Origin: Clostridia bacterium
GTDB taxonomy: Bacteria; Bacillota; Sulfobacillia; SLMV01
DNA length: 64,000 bases
Assembly: GCA_003551365.1 (NCBI GenBank)
Contig: PUMM01000141.1
Coordinates: forward strand, 369 to 64,368
Reading direction: 5' to 3'
The position numbers were made by a program, and so were the translations under genes. Positions within the stretch are counted from its first letter, which is position 1. Each line of letters starts with the position of its first letter. Under the pieces are notes generated by a model that was not told where the DNA came from, did no database searches, and saw only the letters and a program-made list of their open reading frames with translations. Positions 28,392 to 37,934 of this stretch are shown one piece after another.

Positions 28392-29456
28392 ATGCATGAG
28401 GAGCAAAATGTAGTGTCAGTGAAGAATCTATCCGTAGTCTACGACACCTCTGAGGGAGCCGTTTACGCGGTCAATGATGTCTCCTTCGATCTCCGGTCGG
28501 GAGAGAACCTGGGTCTGGTCGGGGAGTCCGGCTGCGGCAAGACCACCCTGGCCCGGGGCCTCCTGCGGCTTCTGCCCGACAATGGACGCGTGTCGGGGGG
28601 CTCTGTCGATTTCTGTGGACATGACCTGTTCGGGATCTCGGCTGAGAAGCTGCGCAGGCTGCGCTGGGAACGCATTTCCTGGATAACGCAGTCGGCCATG
28701 AACTCTCTCAATCCCGTCTTCAATGTGGGTGCGCAGATCACCGAAGCCATAACCACTCACACGCAGCTCGGCGAGGCGGAGGCGGAGTCGCGCGCCGTGG
28801 ACCTGTTCAGCCTGGTGGATATTGCCGGAGAGAGGCTCAGGGAGTATCCGCACCAGTTCAGTGGAGGTATGAAGCAGCGGGCGATCATCGCCATGGCCAT
28901 GGCCCTGGATCCCGACCTGATAATCGCAGATGAGCCGACCACTGCTCTCGACGTTATACTGCAGGCCCAGATCCTCAAACGCCTGCTGGAGATTCAGGCT
29001 GAGATGAGCAACTCCATCATAATGATCACGCATGATATTTCGGTTGTGGCCCAGATGTGTCATCACATTGCGGTCATGTACGGGGGATACCTGGTGGAGA
29101 AGGGGCCGGTAGAGACCATCATCAATGCCCCCCACCACCCCTACACCCTGGGGCTGCGGAATGCATTCCCGTCCATAGTGGGCGAAAAGCGGAGGTTGGT
29201 GGCCATTCCGGGAACTCCCCCGGATTTGGCGGAGCTGCTGGATGAGTGCATCTTCGCCCATCGGTGTCCCTTCCGGGAAGAATCCTGCCGACAACGGCGC
29301 CCGGACTGGGAGCAGGTGGGTGATGATCATTATGTGGCGTGTCATCGCCGGGAAGATGCTGAGATGATCAGGTCGCAGGCTGGCGACCCGGAAGTGTGGG
29401 CGGCGCTGGAGAGAACGGGCAGCAGGGCTCCGGGAGGTGATGACGATGGCAAATGA
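28392..29456 (+). CDS. ABC transporter ATP-binding protein (DppD/OppD-like)
   Basis: Walker A GESGCGKTT, signature FSGGMKQR, Walker B LIIADEPTTALD, and the C-terminal oligopeptide-type extension. Confidence 0.9.
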   Translation: MHEEQNVVSVKNLSVVYDTSEGAVYAVNDVSFDLRSGENLGLVGESGCGKTTLARGLLRLLPDNGRVSGGSVDFCGHDLFGISAEKLRRLRWERISWITQSAMNSLNPVFNVGAQITEAITTHTQLGEAEAESRAVDLFSLVDIAGERLREYPHQFSGGMKQRAIIAMAMALDPDLIIADEPTTALDVILQAQILKRLLEIQAEMSNSIIMITHDISVVAQMCHHIAVMYGGYLVEKGPVETIINAPHHPYTLGLRNAFPSIVGEKRRLVAIPGTPPDLAELLDECIFAHRCPFREESCRQRRPDWEQVGDDHYVACHRREDAEMIRSQAGDPEVWAALERTGSRAPGGDDDGK

Positions 29457-30435
29457 TCGCGTCATCCTGCAGATCGATGATCTGCGCAAGTATTTTGCGC
29501 AATCGGTGGGTCTGTTTGCCAGCCTCAGTGGCAGGGAACCGGAGCAGGTCAAGGCAGTGGACGGCATATCGCTGGACATACGGGAGGGAGAGACGGTGGG
29601 GCTGGCCGGGGAGTCCGGCTGCGGCAAGACCACCCTGGCCAAGTCGCTGATGCGCCTGCATGCGCCCACATCGGGCAAGATCTGGTTCGAGGGCCAGGAC
29701 ATAGGGTCACTGCGCGGCCCAGATCTCAAGGCGTTTCGACGGAATGCGCAGATGGTGTTTCAGGACCCCTATGAGTCGGTGAATCCGTACTTCACAGTCG
29801 AGCACACGGTCATGGAGCCTCTGCAGCGGCACGGCATAGGATCGCAGTCCGAGAGGCGGGAGATGGTGGAGGAGATGCTGGCAGTTGTGGGGCTTCATCC
29901 GGTGAAGTCTCTCAAGAAGCGATATCCACATCACCTGAGTGGTGGGCAGCGGCAGCGCGTGGCCATTGCCCGTGCCCTGGTCATAGACCCGAAGTTTTTG
30001 GTGGCGGATGAGCCGGTTTCCATGCTGGATGTTTCCATTCGAGCCAGCATCCTGCACATACTCGGGGACATGATAGTTGAGTTGGGCATGGCCTGTATAT
30101 ACATCTCGCACGACCTGTCGCTCATCCGCTATATGTGCGACACGACTGCCATCATGTACCTGGGCAAGATGGTGGAGGTGGGGCCGACGGAAGAGGTGAT
30201 GCGAGATCCTGCCCATCCCTACACCCAGGCACTGACGGCTGCGGTGCCGGTACCTGATCCCAGCCACAGGTTTGCCCTGCAGATTGAGGGGTCGGCCCGA
30301 GCACCCATAGGCCTGGGACCCGGATGTCGTTTTGCCGATCGATGTCCGGAGGAAGAGGCGCGATGTAGTGAGATGGCGCCGGAGATGAAGGAGTGTGGCC
30401 CCGGTTGGCGGGTGGCCTGTCATCGCCGGGAATGA
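29446..30435 (+). CDS. ABC transporter ATP-binding protein (DppF/OppF-like)
   Basis: ATG 29446 is 8 nt after GGGAGG and overlaps the previous gene by 11 nt. Walker A GESGCGKTT, LSGGQRQR, Walker B FLVADEPVSMLD. Confidence 0.9.
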   Translation: MANDRVILQIDDLRKYFAQSVGLFASLSGREPEQVKAVDGISLDIREGETVGLAGESGCGKTTLAKSLMRLHAPTSGKIWFEGQDIGSLRGPDLKAFRRNAQMVFQDPYESVNPYFTVEHTVMEPLQRHGIGSQSERREMVEEMLAVVGLHPVKSLKKRYPHHLSGGQRQRVAIARALVIDPKFLVADEPVSMLDVSIRASILHILGDMIVELGMACIYISHDLSLIRYMCDTTAIMYLGKMVEVGPTEEVMRDPAHPYTQALTAAVPVPDPSHRFALQIEGSARAPIGLGPGCRFADRCPEEEARCSEMAPEMKECGPGWRVACHRRE

Positions 30436-30479
30436 GGTTGGTCTGAATGGGAACAGAGGAATCTCGAAAGGAGATGGAT

Positions 30480-31226
30480 ATGGGTACTTATCTGCTGGAG
30501 AAGATGACCTGGCCGGAGGTGGAGGAGGCGCTGAAAACGGTGGAGCTGGCGGTTCTGCCCGTGGGGTCCACCGAACAGCACGGCAGCAACACCACCTTTG
30601 ACACCGATACGGCCCGGGCGCGCGAATTTTGCCGTCTGTTGGCAGAGGAACTGCCGGACAAAGTGCTCGTCGGCCCGGTGATTCCAATCGGCATAGCTTT
30701 TCACCACATGAGCTTTCCGGGTACGCTTACAGTCCAGCCAGAGACCCTGCTTCAGTACCTGACGGATGTTGCATGGAGCTTTAAGCAGCACGGACTGCAG
30801 AAACTGCTTTTCATCAATGGGCACGGCGGAAACCGGACTGTTCTCGACCTGGCCTGCACAAAAGTGCTTCATGAACTCGACATGCAGGTGGGATGGGTCG
30901 GCATAATGACTGATACAGCCGGAGATGTCATGGCGGAGAAGGTCGATTCGGATATCTATGGCCATGGCTGCGAGGTTGAGACGTCGCAGCTTCTGTATCT
31001 GCATCCGGAGAGCGTGCGCGAATCGGCTCTTGAGCCCGCCGAGGTGCAGGATGCGCTGTACAACAAGAAATGGATCAACATGCCCTACAGGTGGCATGAG
31101 ATCTCTGCGGGTGGTGCTCTGGGAGACGCCACCAAATCCAGTTATGAGCTCGGACAGGCCGTCACCGAGACGGCGTTGAAGAGAATAGTGGGGGCAATCG
31201 AGCAGCAGTTTGGCGTCAGTCGCTGA
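30480..31226 (+). CDS. creatininase-family amidohydrolase
   Basis: ATG 30480 is 6 nt after GAAAGGAG. ..LAVLPVGSTEQHG.., ..LFINGHGGN.. and ..HGCEVETS.. are the metal-ligand blocks of the creatininase/MftE family. Confidence 0.8.
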   Translation: MGTYLLEKMTWPEVEEALKTVELAVLPVGSTEQHGSNTTFDTDTARAREFCRLLAEELPDKVLVGPVIPIGIAFHHMSFPGTLTVQPETLLQYLTDVAWSFKQHGLQKLLFINGHGGNRTVLDLACTKVLHELDMQVGWVGIMTDTAGDVMAEKVDSDIYGHGCEVETSQLLYLHPESVRESALEPAEVQDALYNKKWINMPYRWHEISAGGALGDATKSSYELGQAVTETALKRIVGAIEQQFGVSR

Positions 31227-31277
31227 CGCTAGGTGGTTCACCGGTGCCGGGGTAGTGAGCCCGGTTCGAGTAGCGCT

Positions 31278-31314
31278 GCGGTCGCGGTGCCGATGCCGTG
31301 AGCTCCGCGACCGC
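31278..31314 (+). terminator. 10-bp hairpin after the creatininase-family gene
   Basis: GCGGTCGCGG (31278-31287) pairs with CCGCGACCGC (31305-31314); no U-tract. Confidence 0.35.
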
Positions 31315-31382
31315 GGTGGCGGTGCGTGGGTCGGTTGTTATGTGTTGGATGGTATCAGATGGGATGGGGGGGTGAGCAGGAA

Positions 31383-32324
31383 ATGGTGCAGGTCGGTGGA
31401 TGCGGCAGCAGTGGAAGCTCCGACGAGAGAGGGGGCAGGAGATTGAGCTTCATCCGGCGGGTCAAGCGGAGGTACGAAAATCTAACCCGGTCCGAGAAGA
31501 AGTTGGCCGACTACCTCACCAGGCACTGGCAGGACAGCTCTTTCAAGTCCGCAGAGAAGCTGGGGCGCGATGTGGGCATCAGCGAGACGGTTGTCATACG
31601 GTTTGCCGGTTCCCTGGGCTACGACAGTTATACGGAGATGAAGGAGGAATTTCAGGAGGCTGTGCAGAGCCAGATCAGCGACAATCTCATGGTGGAGCGG
31701 GTGAACGACATCCAGTACCCCTCCGATCCGCAGGAGGTGGTTCGACAGGCGATTCAGCGGGGCCTGTCCAACGTGGAGAGTGTGCTGCAGGCCAACGAGC
31801 CGGAGGCTTTTGTCGAGGCTGCGCGGCGCATTCTGGCTGCCCGCAGGATTCGCGTGTTCGGCATGCGGGCCAGCAGCGGTCCGGCGTGGCTATTGGCTTT
31901 CAATTTGAAACAGATCCTGCCCCAGACCGAGTATGTGCACCAGTATGCGGGGACCATGATTGATCAGTTCCGCGACCTGGGATCAGATGATCTCATAATT
32001 ACTTTCTGCGTGCACCGTTACAGTAGCGTGGCCAAACAGGTGGCCGATCTCGCGATGAACACCGGCTGCCCGCACCTGGCGGTGACCGATTCTCATCTGT
32101 CGCCCACCGGCCGGCTGGCTGACCTGACCCTGTTGACCACCACCAGAAGTACCTGGTTCGGACACTCACACACCGGCACTCTGGCCCTAATCGACATACT
32201 GTGCTCTCTTATGCTGTGGTTCGATGAGGATAGGGTGCGCAGTTCCCTGGCCGAGCTGGAGAGCATGCTGGTTGAATACGGGCTGACCCCCAGCCTGGAG
32301 GGGGAGAAATCCGATGGTTCCTGA
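31383..32324 (+). CDS. MurR/RpiR-family transcriptional regulator (HTH_6 + SIS)
   Basis: Track ORF 31326..32324; ATG 31383 follows GGGGGGTGAG. ..NLTRSEKKLADYLTRH..SAEKLGRDVGISETVVIRFAGSLGYDSYTEMK.. is the RpiR HTH; a SIS-like domain follows. Confidence 0.8.
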   Translation: MVQVGGCGSSGSSDERGGRRLSFIRRVKRRYENLTRSEKKLADYLTRHWQDSSFKSAEKLGRDVGISETVVIRFAGSLGYDSYTEMKEEFQEAVQSQISDNLMVERVNDIQYPSDPQEVVRQAIQRGLSNVESVLQANEPEAFVEAARRILAARRIRVFGMRASSGPAWLLAFNLKQILPQTEYVHQYAGTMIDQFRDLGSDDLIITFCVHRYSSVAKQVADLAMNTGCPHLAVTDSHLSPTGRLADLTLLTTTRSTWFGHSHTGTLALIDILCSLMLWFDEDRVRSSLAELESMLVEYGLTPSLEGEKSDGS

Positions 32325-32928
32325 ATGTGGGTCAGCTTAGGCGGTCCCGTGGGGTAGTAGGGGGTGCTGAACGGTACCTCTGTGTGGCTGCACCAGGTTT
32401 GTCCCACAGCGCCGATGCAGGGCGGAGCTGTCATACACCCTGCGGTTGACACGTGCCGTTGCCCATACTGCCGTCCCTGCTGGGTGCGGCAGGACAGTAC
32501 TTCCTTCCCGACGAAGAAAACGTTACCGGGTGGCTCCAGCGCAAATGTGCGCGGGCTCGTGTCTGCATTGGGCGGGCGAAGTGGGTGGGTGCGGACTTCA
32601 CGGTCAACCATAAACTGAAGCGACCGCGGCCCGGGGACCCGCATTGCAGAAGAACTCCCCGCTGCTGCGGATGGGAAGAATCGGATGCTGCAGTGGTGGA
32701 AGATTGTCCGGGCATAGCTGTCATTGTCCTCACCTTTGGTATGAGTGTGGTCCATATGGCTGGGGTGCAGGTGCAGCGCATCGTCTTCAATCCGGACAGG
32801 CATGACAGATTGGTGAACCAGGCAGAGCTGGGAGATGCGGTACACGCCTCCCTGCCGGAGCAGATGCTGCGTCGTCTGGAGGAGCTTCCCCCACATGAGA
32901 TGGCGGCGAGTCCGTTTCCCCCGATGCG

Positions 32929-33399
32929 ATGTCCGGGGATGTGGACAGGCTGGTAGAGGAAATGGAACTTCCGGATGAAGTGGTTCTCGTGCAGCTGGAG
33001 GGTCTGCCCGGCGAAGGCGAGGAGACCCTATCTCCCCTGCGGGTCGCCCGGAGTTTGCTCAGGTTTGCTCCACATCTGTTGTTTGCTGCTCTGCCTGTCT
33101 TCATTTACCTGCTGATCAGTCTGCCCCGGGAGTTGAAGTGGTTCGGTGCTTGCATGGCTCTGGCGGGAGTGCTGCATGTTCTGCCGCTGATAGTATGTCG
33201 CGCGGGCATTGCTCCGGCGCCGGTGCAGGGTAGGCATGCGACCGATGTGCCGCCCGATTCAACCCGGGCACTGACAGCCGTGGATCTTGCCCTGCTCCAC
33301 ATGTACAGATTCTCAAGGTATTTCTCCCTGGTCGGTCTGTTGATCGTCGCGGCCGATGGTCATATCCGATCGACGAGATGTCTGGCACCTGAGGGATGA
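32929..33399 (+). CDS. hypothetical membrane protein (weak call)
   Basis: Track ORF; acidic N-terminus, then hydrophobic segments (..HLLFAALPVFIYLLISL.., ..FGACMALAGVLHVLPLIV.., ..YFSLVGLLIVAA..). No family recognised; coding status uncertain. Confidence 0.3.
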   Translation: MSGDVDRLVEEMELPDEVVLVQLEGLPGEGEETLSPLRVARSLLRFAPHLLFAALPVFIYLLISLPRELKWFGACMALAGVLHVLPLIVCRAGIAPAPVQGRHATDVPPDSTRALTAVDLALLHMYRFSRYFSLVGLLIVAADGHIRSTRCLAPEG

Positions 33400-33489
33400 T
33401 GGGGGCATGTGCGGACGTGGGAACAGCACAGGGGCGAGTCGGCGTTGGAGGAAGTGACGTCAGCTGCGCCGAAGTCAGGAGAGACGGGA

Positions 33490-33768
33490 ATGCGCGCAGT
33501 TGTACTCGAGAGTGAGGATGCCATGATAGCATATCTGTGGTTTGCAGCTGGAATAGGATTTTTGGCCCTTGGTGTCTACACCTGGATCACGGGAGATCGC
33601 AGGCAGGCCCTCAGTGATCTGCTGCTGGTGCCCCTGATTTTCGTTTTGGGCCTGCAGCGGACGGCCATGATGCCGGAGGGATATGAGCTGGTTTGGGGTG
33701 TTTCGATCGGATTGGCCGTCGCAGGCCTGCTGCTGCACCTGCGCAGGATGCTGGCTGAGCGTCGCTGA
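33490..33768 (+). CDS. small hypothetical membrane protein
   Basis: Track ORF 33409..33768; ATG 33490 follows AGGAGAG. Three hydrophobic helices (..YLWFAAGIGFLALGVYTWI.., ..LLLVPLIFVLGL.., ..VWGVSIGLAVAGLLL..). Confidence 0.35.
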   Translation: MRAVVLESEDAMIAYLWFAAGIGFLALGVYTWITGDRRQALSDLLLVPLIFVLGLQRTAMMPEGYELVWGVSIGLAVAGLLLHLRRMLAERR

Positions 33769-34083
33769 ATACCTGACGGGCAACTACCTGTGGTTACGAT
33801 TGCGGGTGCGGGCGGGGAGTGCTTTTCTGCCAGTCAGATTGACAACCGTTGCATGTGTCGATTTGTGTCGTGTATAGTTTAGCCAGAACTGAACGACACC
33901 CGTCAGAGGCGGCCGCAGATACATACTGCACAATAATGCTGCACCATACAGCATACTTGCCTGCACCTGACTCACCTCGCGGGTGTTCGCCCGGCCGTGT
34001 TGCGCCAGCCGCCGGACGGTTCCTGATCCTACATGTACATTGCGGATTGTGTGTCGCTCGTCTCTCATGAAGCGGGGTAGGTT

Positions 34084-34755
34084 ATGTTGACGCCCGAACT
34101 GCCATCACAAGTCGCGCCTCCCGATCTGGTCGCCATGAGTGATGAGGACCTGGTACGAGTGGCGGGAGCGGGCGGCAAGCAGGCCCTCGATCTGCTCATG
34201 GCCCGATATTCCTACATGGCTGCATCCGCAGCGGCCGGCTATTTTCTGGTGGGCGCTGACCGGGAAGATCTGGTGCAGGAGGGGCTGATAGGCCTGTTCA
34301 AGGCCATCCGGAATTTTTCGCCCGCGACGGGCACCCCTTTTCGGGCCTTCGCCCGCATGTGTGTTCAGCGGCAGATCATCACGGCGGTCAAGACGGCCAC
34401 ACGCCAGAAGCATATTCCTCTCAATGGGTACGTTTCGCTCAGCAAGCCCCTGCAGCGCGGGGAATCCGGACGGACTCTCATTGAAGTTCTCAGGCGTGAT
34501 TATGTTCCTGGGCCGGAGGATGTACTGATTATGCGCGAGGAGTTCGACCGGTTTGAGCAAACGCTGGGCGAAATCCTGACGGAGAGGGAATGGCGGGTTC
34601 TCATGGGCCATCTGGATCCCCGACTGCAGACTTATGGAGAAATTGCCCGTGAGGTGGGATGCAGCTGGAAAGCAGTTGACAATGCCCTGCAGCGGGCCAA
34701 GCGCAAGCTGGAGCGGTATCTGCGCGAACGAAAAATGCGAGAGCGGCAGGCGTAA
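34084..34755 (+). CDS. sigH: RNA polymerase sigma factor SigH (Spo0H type)
   Basis: ..YFLVGADREDLVQEGLIGLFKAIRNF..FRAFARMCVQRQIITAVKTATRQKHIPLNGYVSLSKP..SGRTLIEVL..KAVDNALQRAKRKLERYL aligns nearly block for block with Bacillus subtilis SigH as I remember it (YFLIGADREDIVQEGMIGLYK..ITRQIITAIKTATRQKHIPLNSY..). Confidence 0.9.
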   Translation: MLTPELPSQVAPPDLVAMSDEDLVRVAGAGGKQALDLLMARYSYMAASAAAGYFLVGADREDLVQEGLIGLFKAIRNFSPATGTPFRAFARMCVQRQIITAVKTATRQKHIPLNGYVSLSKPLQRGESGRTLIEVLRRDYVPGPEDVLIMREEFDRFEQTLGEILTEREWRVLMGHLDPRLQTYGEIAREVGCSWKAVDNALQRAKRKLERYLRERKMRERQA

Positions 34756-34811
34756 CAGTGGTATGGCGGAGGCGCACGATGCGGTGATCGACGCCCCCGC
34801 GGAGGTGCTGC

Positions 34812-36134
34812 TCAGACCTCCTCAGCTGCTGCAGTCAGCAGTCGACTGAAATCATGCTCTTCCAGGCTCCAGCCGATCTCCAGCAGGCGCTTTGCCGTCT
34901 TTTCACCCTTCTGCGGTGTGACCAGATTGACAAACTTATCCTCCAGTTCCTCATCAGTCAGGGGGTTATTCACCGAACCCCGCGCATGGCGGATGTGAAT
35001 GGTGCGCGAGGTGTCCCTGCACTGTACGTGTGCAATGGCCTCCTCCGGCGCCAGCTCATCACAGACCTCTGCGGTCACCCTTTCCCGCAGCCGTATCACG
35101 TCGGGATCACTGACTGCCTCATCTGTAAACTCATCTATGCCCACTTGCCCCCGCAGCAGCGCCGCTGCTGCGCAGTGATAGATGCTGAACTTGCCCTCGA
35201 GGCCCGTGCGCGGTTCTTCCTTGCCTGTCAGCTCCAGCACCAGGGGGTGGACCTCCAGATGGATGGACTCCACCTCGTCCGCACGCTCGCGCGCCTGCAG
35301 TACAGCATCTATGATCGGATGGGTCACCACCCCGCTCGGATATGGCTTGAAGGCCACCCGGAGGATTTCGAACGCCTCGCCCCATTTATGCCCGATCCTC
35401 TCCAGCTCGCTCTTTGGGGAGAGAACCGCGGCCCAGCCGCGCCGTCCCTCCAGGGCCTGCTCGGAACTGGTGAAACCCCCACCGGCCAGGAGTGCAGCGC
35501 GCACCCCGTTGCTCGCGGCATGGCCCGGGAGGTAGGGTTTGCACATGGTTCCAAAGAACTCACGAAGACCAGATGACTGGGTGGCCGCAGTGCCGATTGC
35601 AGCGGTGATCTGCTCGGCCGGCAGCCCATCTATTATGCTGCTGCCCACGGCTGCCCCAAATACTCCCGCAGTTCCGGTGATGTGCCAGCCCCGGTCATAG
35701 TGAGCGGGACAGACGGCGATGCCGATCCGCAGGGCAGCCTCCATGCCAGCTGCCACCGCCAGAATGGATTGCTTTCCATCCACCTCTCGCCACTGAGACA
35801 TGGCGGCGATGGCGGGAATGATTGGTGAGCTCGGGTGGATCACCGTATCCAGGTGAGTGTCATCAAAGTCGTGTACGTGCGACATTGTGCCGTTCAGGAG
35901 GGCGGCCTGCTCGACTGACACCAGGTCATTCGAGCCCAGGATGCTCGCCTGGGGGTTGCCTCCCATCTTCCTCAGGTGGCTGCGCAGGATCTGGCTGGTT
36001 TTGTGCCCGCGCGCGGCCAATCCCACGCCGAGCCAGTCGATGATGCATCGCTTGGTCTGGTGAACCACAGCGAAGGGAAGATCATCCCAGGTCATCTCTG
36101 CGCAGTTTTTCGCCAGCTTCTGGGTCACACTCAT
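34812..36134 (-). CDS. MmgE/PrpD-family protein (2-methylcitrate dehydratase family)
   Basis: Track ORF 34812..36140; second ATG (36134) sits 6 nt after AAGGAGG. ..DDLPFAVVHQTKRCIIDWLGVGLAA.., ..HVHDFDDTH.., ..HPSSPIIPA.. and ..KPYPSG.. are typical PrpD-family blocks. Confidence 0.85.
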   Translation of the reverse strand: MSVTQKLAKNCAEMTWDDLPFAVVHQTKRCIIDWLGVGLAARGHKTSQILRSHLRKMGGNPQASILGSNDLVSVEQAALLNGTMSHVHDFDDTHLDTVIHPSSPIIPAIAAMSQWREVDGKQSILAVAAGMEAALRIGIAVCPAHYDRGWHITGTAGVFGAAVGSSIIDGLPAEQITAAIGTAATQSSGLREFFGTMCKPYLPGHAASNGVRAALLAGGGFTSSEQALEGRRGWAAVLSPKSELERIGHKWGEAFEILRVAFKPYPSGVVTHPIIDAVLQARERADEVESIHLEVHPLVLELTGKEEPRTGLEGKFSIYHCAAAALLRGQVGIDEFTDEAVSDPDVIRLRERVTAEVCDELAPEEAIAHVQCRDTSRTIHIRHARGSVNNPLTDEELEDKFVNLVTPQKGEKTAKRLLEIGWSLEEHDFSRLLTAAAEEV

Positions 36135-36241
36135 TGTCATCCTCCTTTTGCATCTGTTTTCTGCCGGTCAGCTGCGTTGTGTATGTATTGGCTCCAGGGT
36201 GGGGGCAGGACGCAGGTCCTGTCGTCTCTGTTGCCAGCACG

Positions 36242-36994
36242 TCAGTCGGCAGAGGCCATTCTGCGTGCAGTGAGCCTGCCGCCGATCAGAAGGGCCAGCA
36301 GCAGCCCTCCGCCCCACGCCGCCGCGGCTATGATCAGCAGGTCGCTGTTGGCCGCTCCCACGCCGGACAGGGCCCACACTATCACCAGTGCGAAGCCATA
36401 GTCGTCACGCAGCTGCACGGATGCGGCGCCCAGTGCGGTGGCTATGGCCAGCATGATGATCGTCCAGATGAGCGAATCGAGCTGCCATCCCTCTGGTCCT
36501 GCGTGAATCAGGGTGGCGCTCGCGTTCGCGATGGTGGCAACGCTGATCCAGCCCAGATATATGGAAAATGGCAGGTTAACCACCCACCGCCCCGCCGGAG
36601 AAGGCCGATCACTCCGTCGCCCGAGCCGCAGGTATATCGTCATGAGTGTGATCAGAAGCGCCAGCATTATCCCCAGCGACAGCCACAACTGCAGCCAGTG
36701 CCAGGCGAACAACCAGGCCGCATTCAGGGCGCACGAGAGGCCGAAGAGATATCCTGTTCGGCGCACTCCCTCTGTTTCTCCCACCAAAAATGGATAGATC
36801 ACAAAACCGGCCAGCAGCAGATAGATGAGGCCCCAGATGGAGAACACGTAACCCGCCGGAGTGAAAAGGGTGGGGAACATGTCGGAAACCTCCTCCGGCG
36901 CAACCCCGTTGAGAGGAAGGCGAACGGCCAGTACGTTGACAGTGACCATCACCAGATATGCGCCAAGATTTACCATGCGTAGTTGCCCCTGCAT
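36242..36994 (-). CDS. TspO/MBR-related tryptophan-rich membrane protein (long form), paralogue 1
   Basis: Track ORF 36242..37261; ATG 36994 follows GGGGAGGTG. Blocks LFTPAGYVFSIWGLIYLLL, LNAAWLFAWHW and FSIYLGWISVATIAN are shared with the paralogue at 37935-38723. About 7-8 predicted helices. Confidence 0.6.
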   Translation of the reverse strand: MQGQLRMVNLGAYLVMVTVNVLAVRLPLNGVAPEEVSDMFPTLFTPAGYVFSIWGLIYLLLAGFVIYPFLVGETEGVRRTGYLFGLSCALNAAWLFAWHWLQLWLSLGIMLALLITLMTIYLRLGRRSDRPSPAGRWVVNLPFSIYLGWISVATIANASATLIHAGPEGWQLDSLIWTIIMLAIATALGAASVQLRDDYGFALVIVWALSGVGAANSDLLIIAAAAWGGGLLLALLIGGRLTARRMASAD

Positions 36995-37148
36995 GTCACA
37001 CCTCCCCAATGTGCGGTTGTATTCGGTCACGCACTCACATTTCCGGATGCTGTTATGTGTCTCCTGCAGGAAGTGACCGAGGAGGGGACGCGTCACGTCT
37101 GCCGCAGGACCGGGGGGACAAGGCAGACGAAGAGACAAGTCCCGGCAG

Positions 37149-37877
37149 TCAGCTCTTCGGCTCGAAACTGGACCAGTCGGAGAGTATGGTGCTGTTGCGG
37201 ATGTAGATTTCGTCATGTTCGAGGGCCAGCAGGTAGACGGTTCTGCCCACCTTGTCGGCACTGTCTGGCAGGTTGCTGAGTAGCTCCTCGCGGGTCTGCA
37301 CCGGCACCTTTTGCTTGAAGTGGCCGATGACGTGCTGCCATGCGTTTATGAGCGACCCTTCATGCGCTGTCTCCTCCATGATCCGGTGGACTTCGTCCAC
37401 CATTTCGCCGGCCTCGATGATGCGAAGAGCCCCCAGCCGACCGCTCATGGAGGACACCTGCCGATATTTTTCGTATCCGCGTGCCATGATCGAGTATTTG
37501 TGATGGGCCCAGAATTCGCTCGCCCGATTTGGGAGGGGAATGCGTCCCGATTCTGCGGAGTCGTATTTCTCCCGCAGGAGCACAAACTGCTCCGGCGGAG
37601 AATCCACAAATCCCGGAGAGCTTCCGGCCCCATCATCCCGATATTCGAGGGGACTGGCGTGGTTGTAGCCGCGCAGATGCATCTCGGCGACTGTCATCTC
37701 ATGTCTGCGATACAGGGATGACAGGTGTCCGCGCCAGCGCCTGGTTTCGGGGTGATTGGCATATCCCTTCCTGCCTTCGACCAGTACTGTCCAGACGGCG
37801 TGGATCTCGCGGTGTTCGCCCAGCAGCCTGCTTTCCGACAGATATCCGGGGTGAACATCCCACACTCGCAATGCCAT
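37149..37877 (-). CDS. pyrimidine dimer DNA glycosylase (endonuclease V/DenV-like) fused to a DUF1722 domain
   Basis: N-terminus MALRVWDVHPGYLSESRLLGEHREIHAVWTVL..GYANHPETRRW..RHEMTVAEMHLRGYNH matches the Pyr_excise family. The C-terminus ..FWAHHKYSIMARGYEKYRQV....NAWQHVIGHFKQKVPVQTREELL matches DUF1722 (YbgA C-terminal domain). Confidence 0.8.
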   Translation of the reverse strand: MALRVWDVHPGYLSESRLLGEHREIHAVWTVLVEGRKGYANHPETRRWRGHLSSLYRRHEMTVAEMHLRGYNHASPLEYRDDGAGSSPGFVDSPPEQFVLLREKYDSAESGRIPLPNRASEFWAHHKYSIMARGYEKYRQVSSMSGRLGALRIIEAGEMVDEVHRIMEETAHEGSLINAWQHVIGHFKQKVPVQTREELLSNLPDSADKVGRTVYLLALEHDEIYIRNSTILSDWSSFEPKS

Positions 37878-37934
37878 TCTCCTTCCAGATGTGCATGGTT
37901 CTGCAGTGTCAGGCCCATTCCTGTTATCAGATGA

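Noticed and set aside
36995-37261. N-terminal extensions of track ORFs, e.g. 36242..37261, 37935..38957, 38789..39919, 39895..40698, 2871..4745 and 60194..60694.
   Set aside because: The extensions have non-protein-like composition, overlap neighbouring genes or leaders, and lack SD sequences. Internal starts with good SD give N-termini that match the family or a signal peptide.
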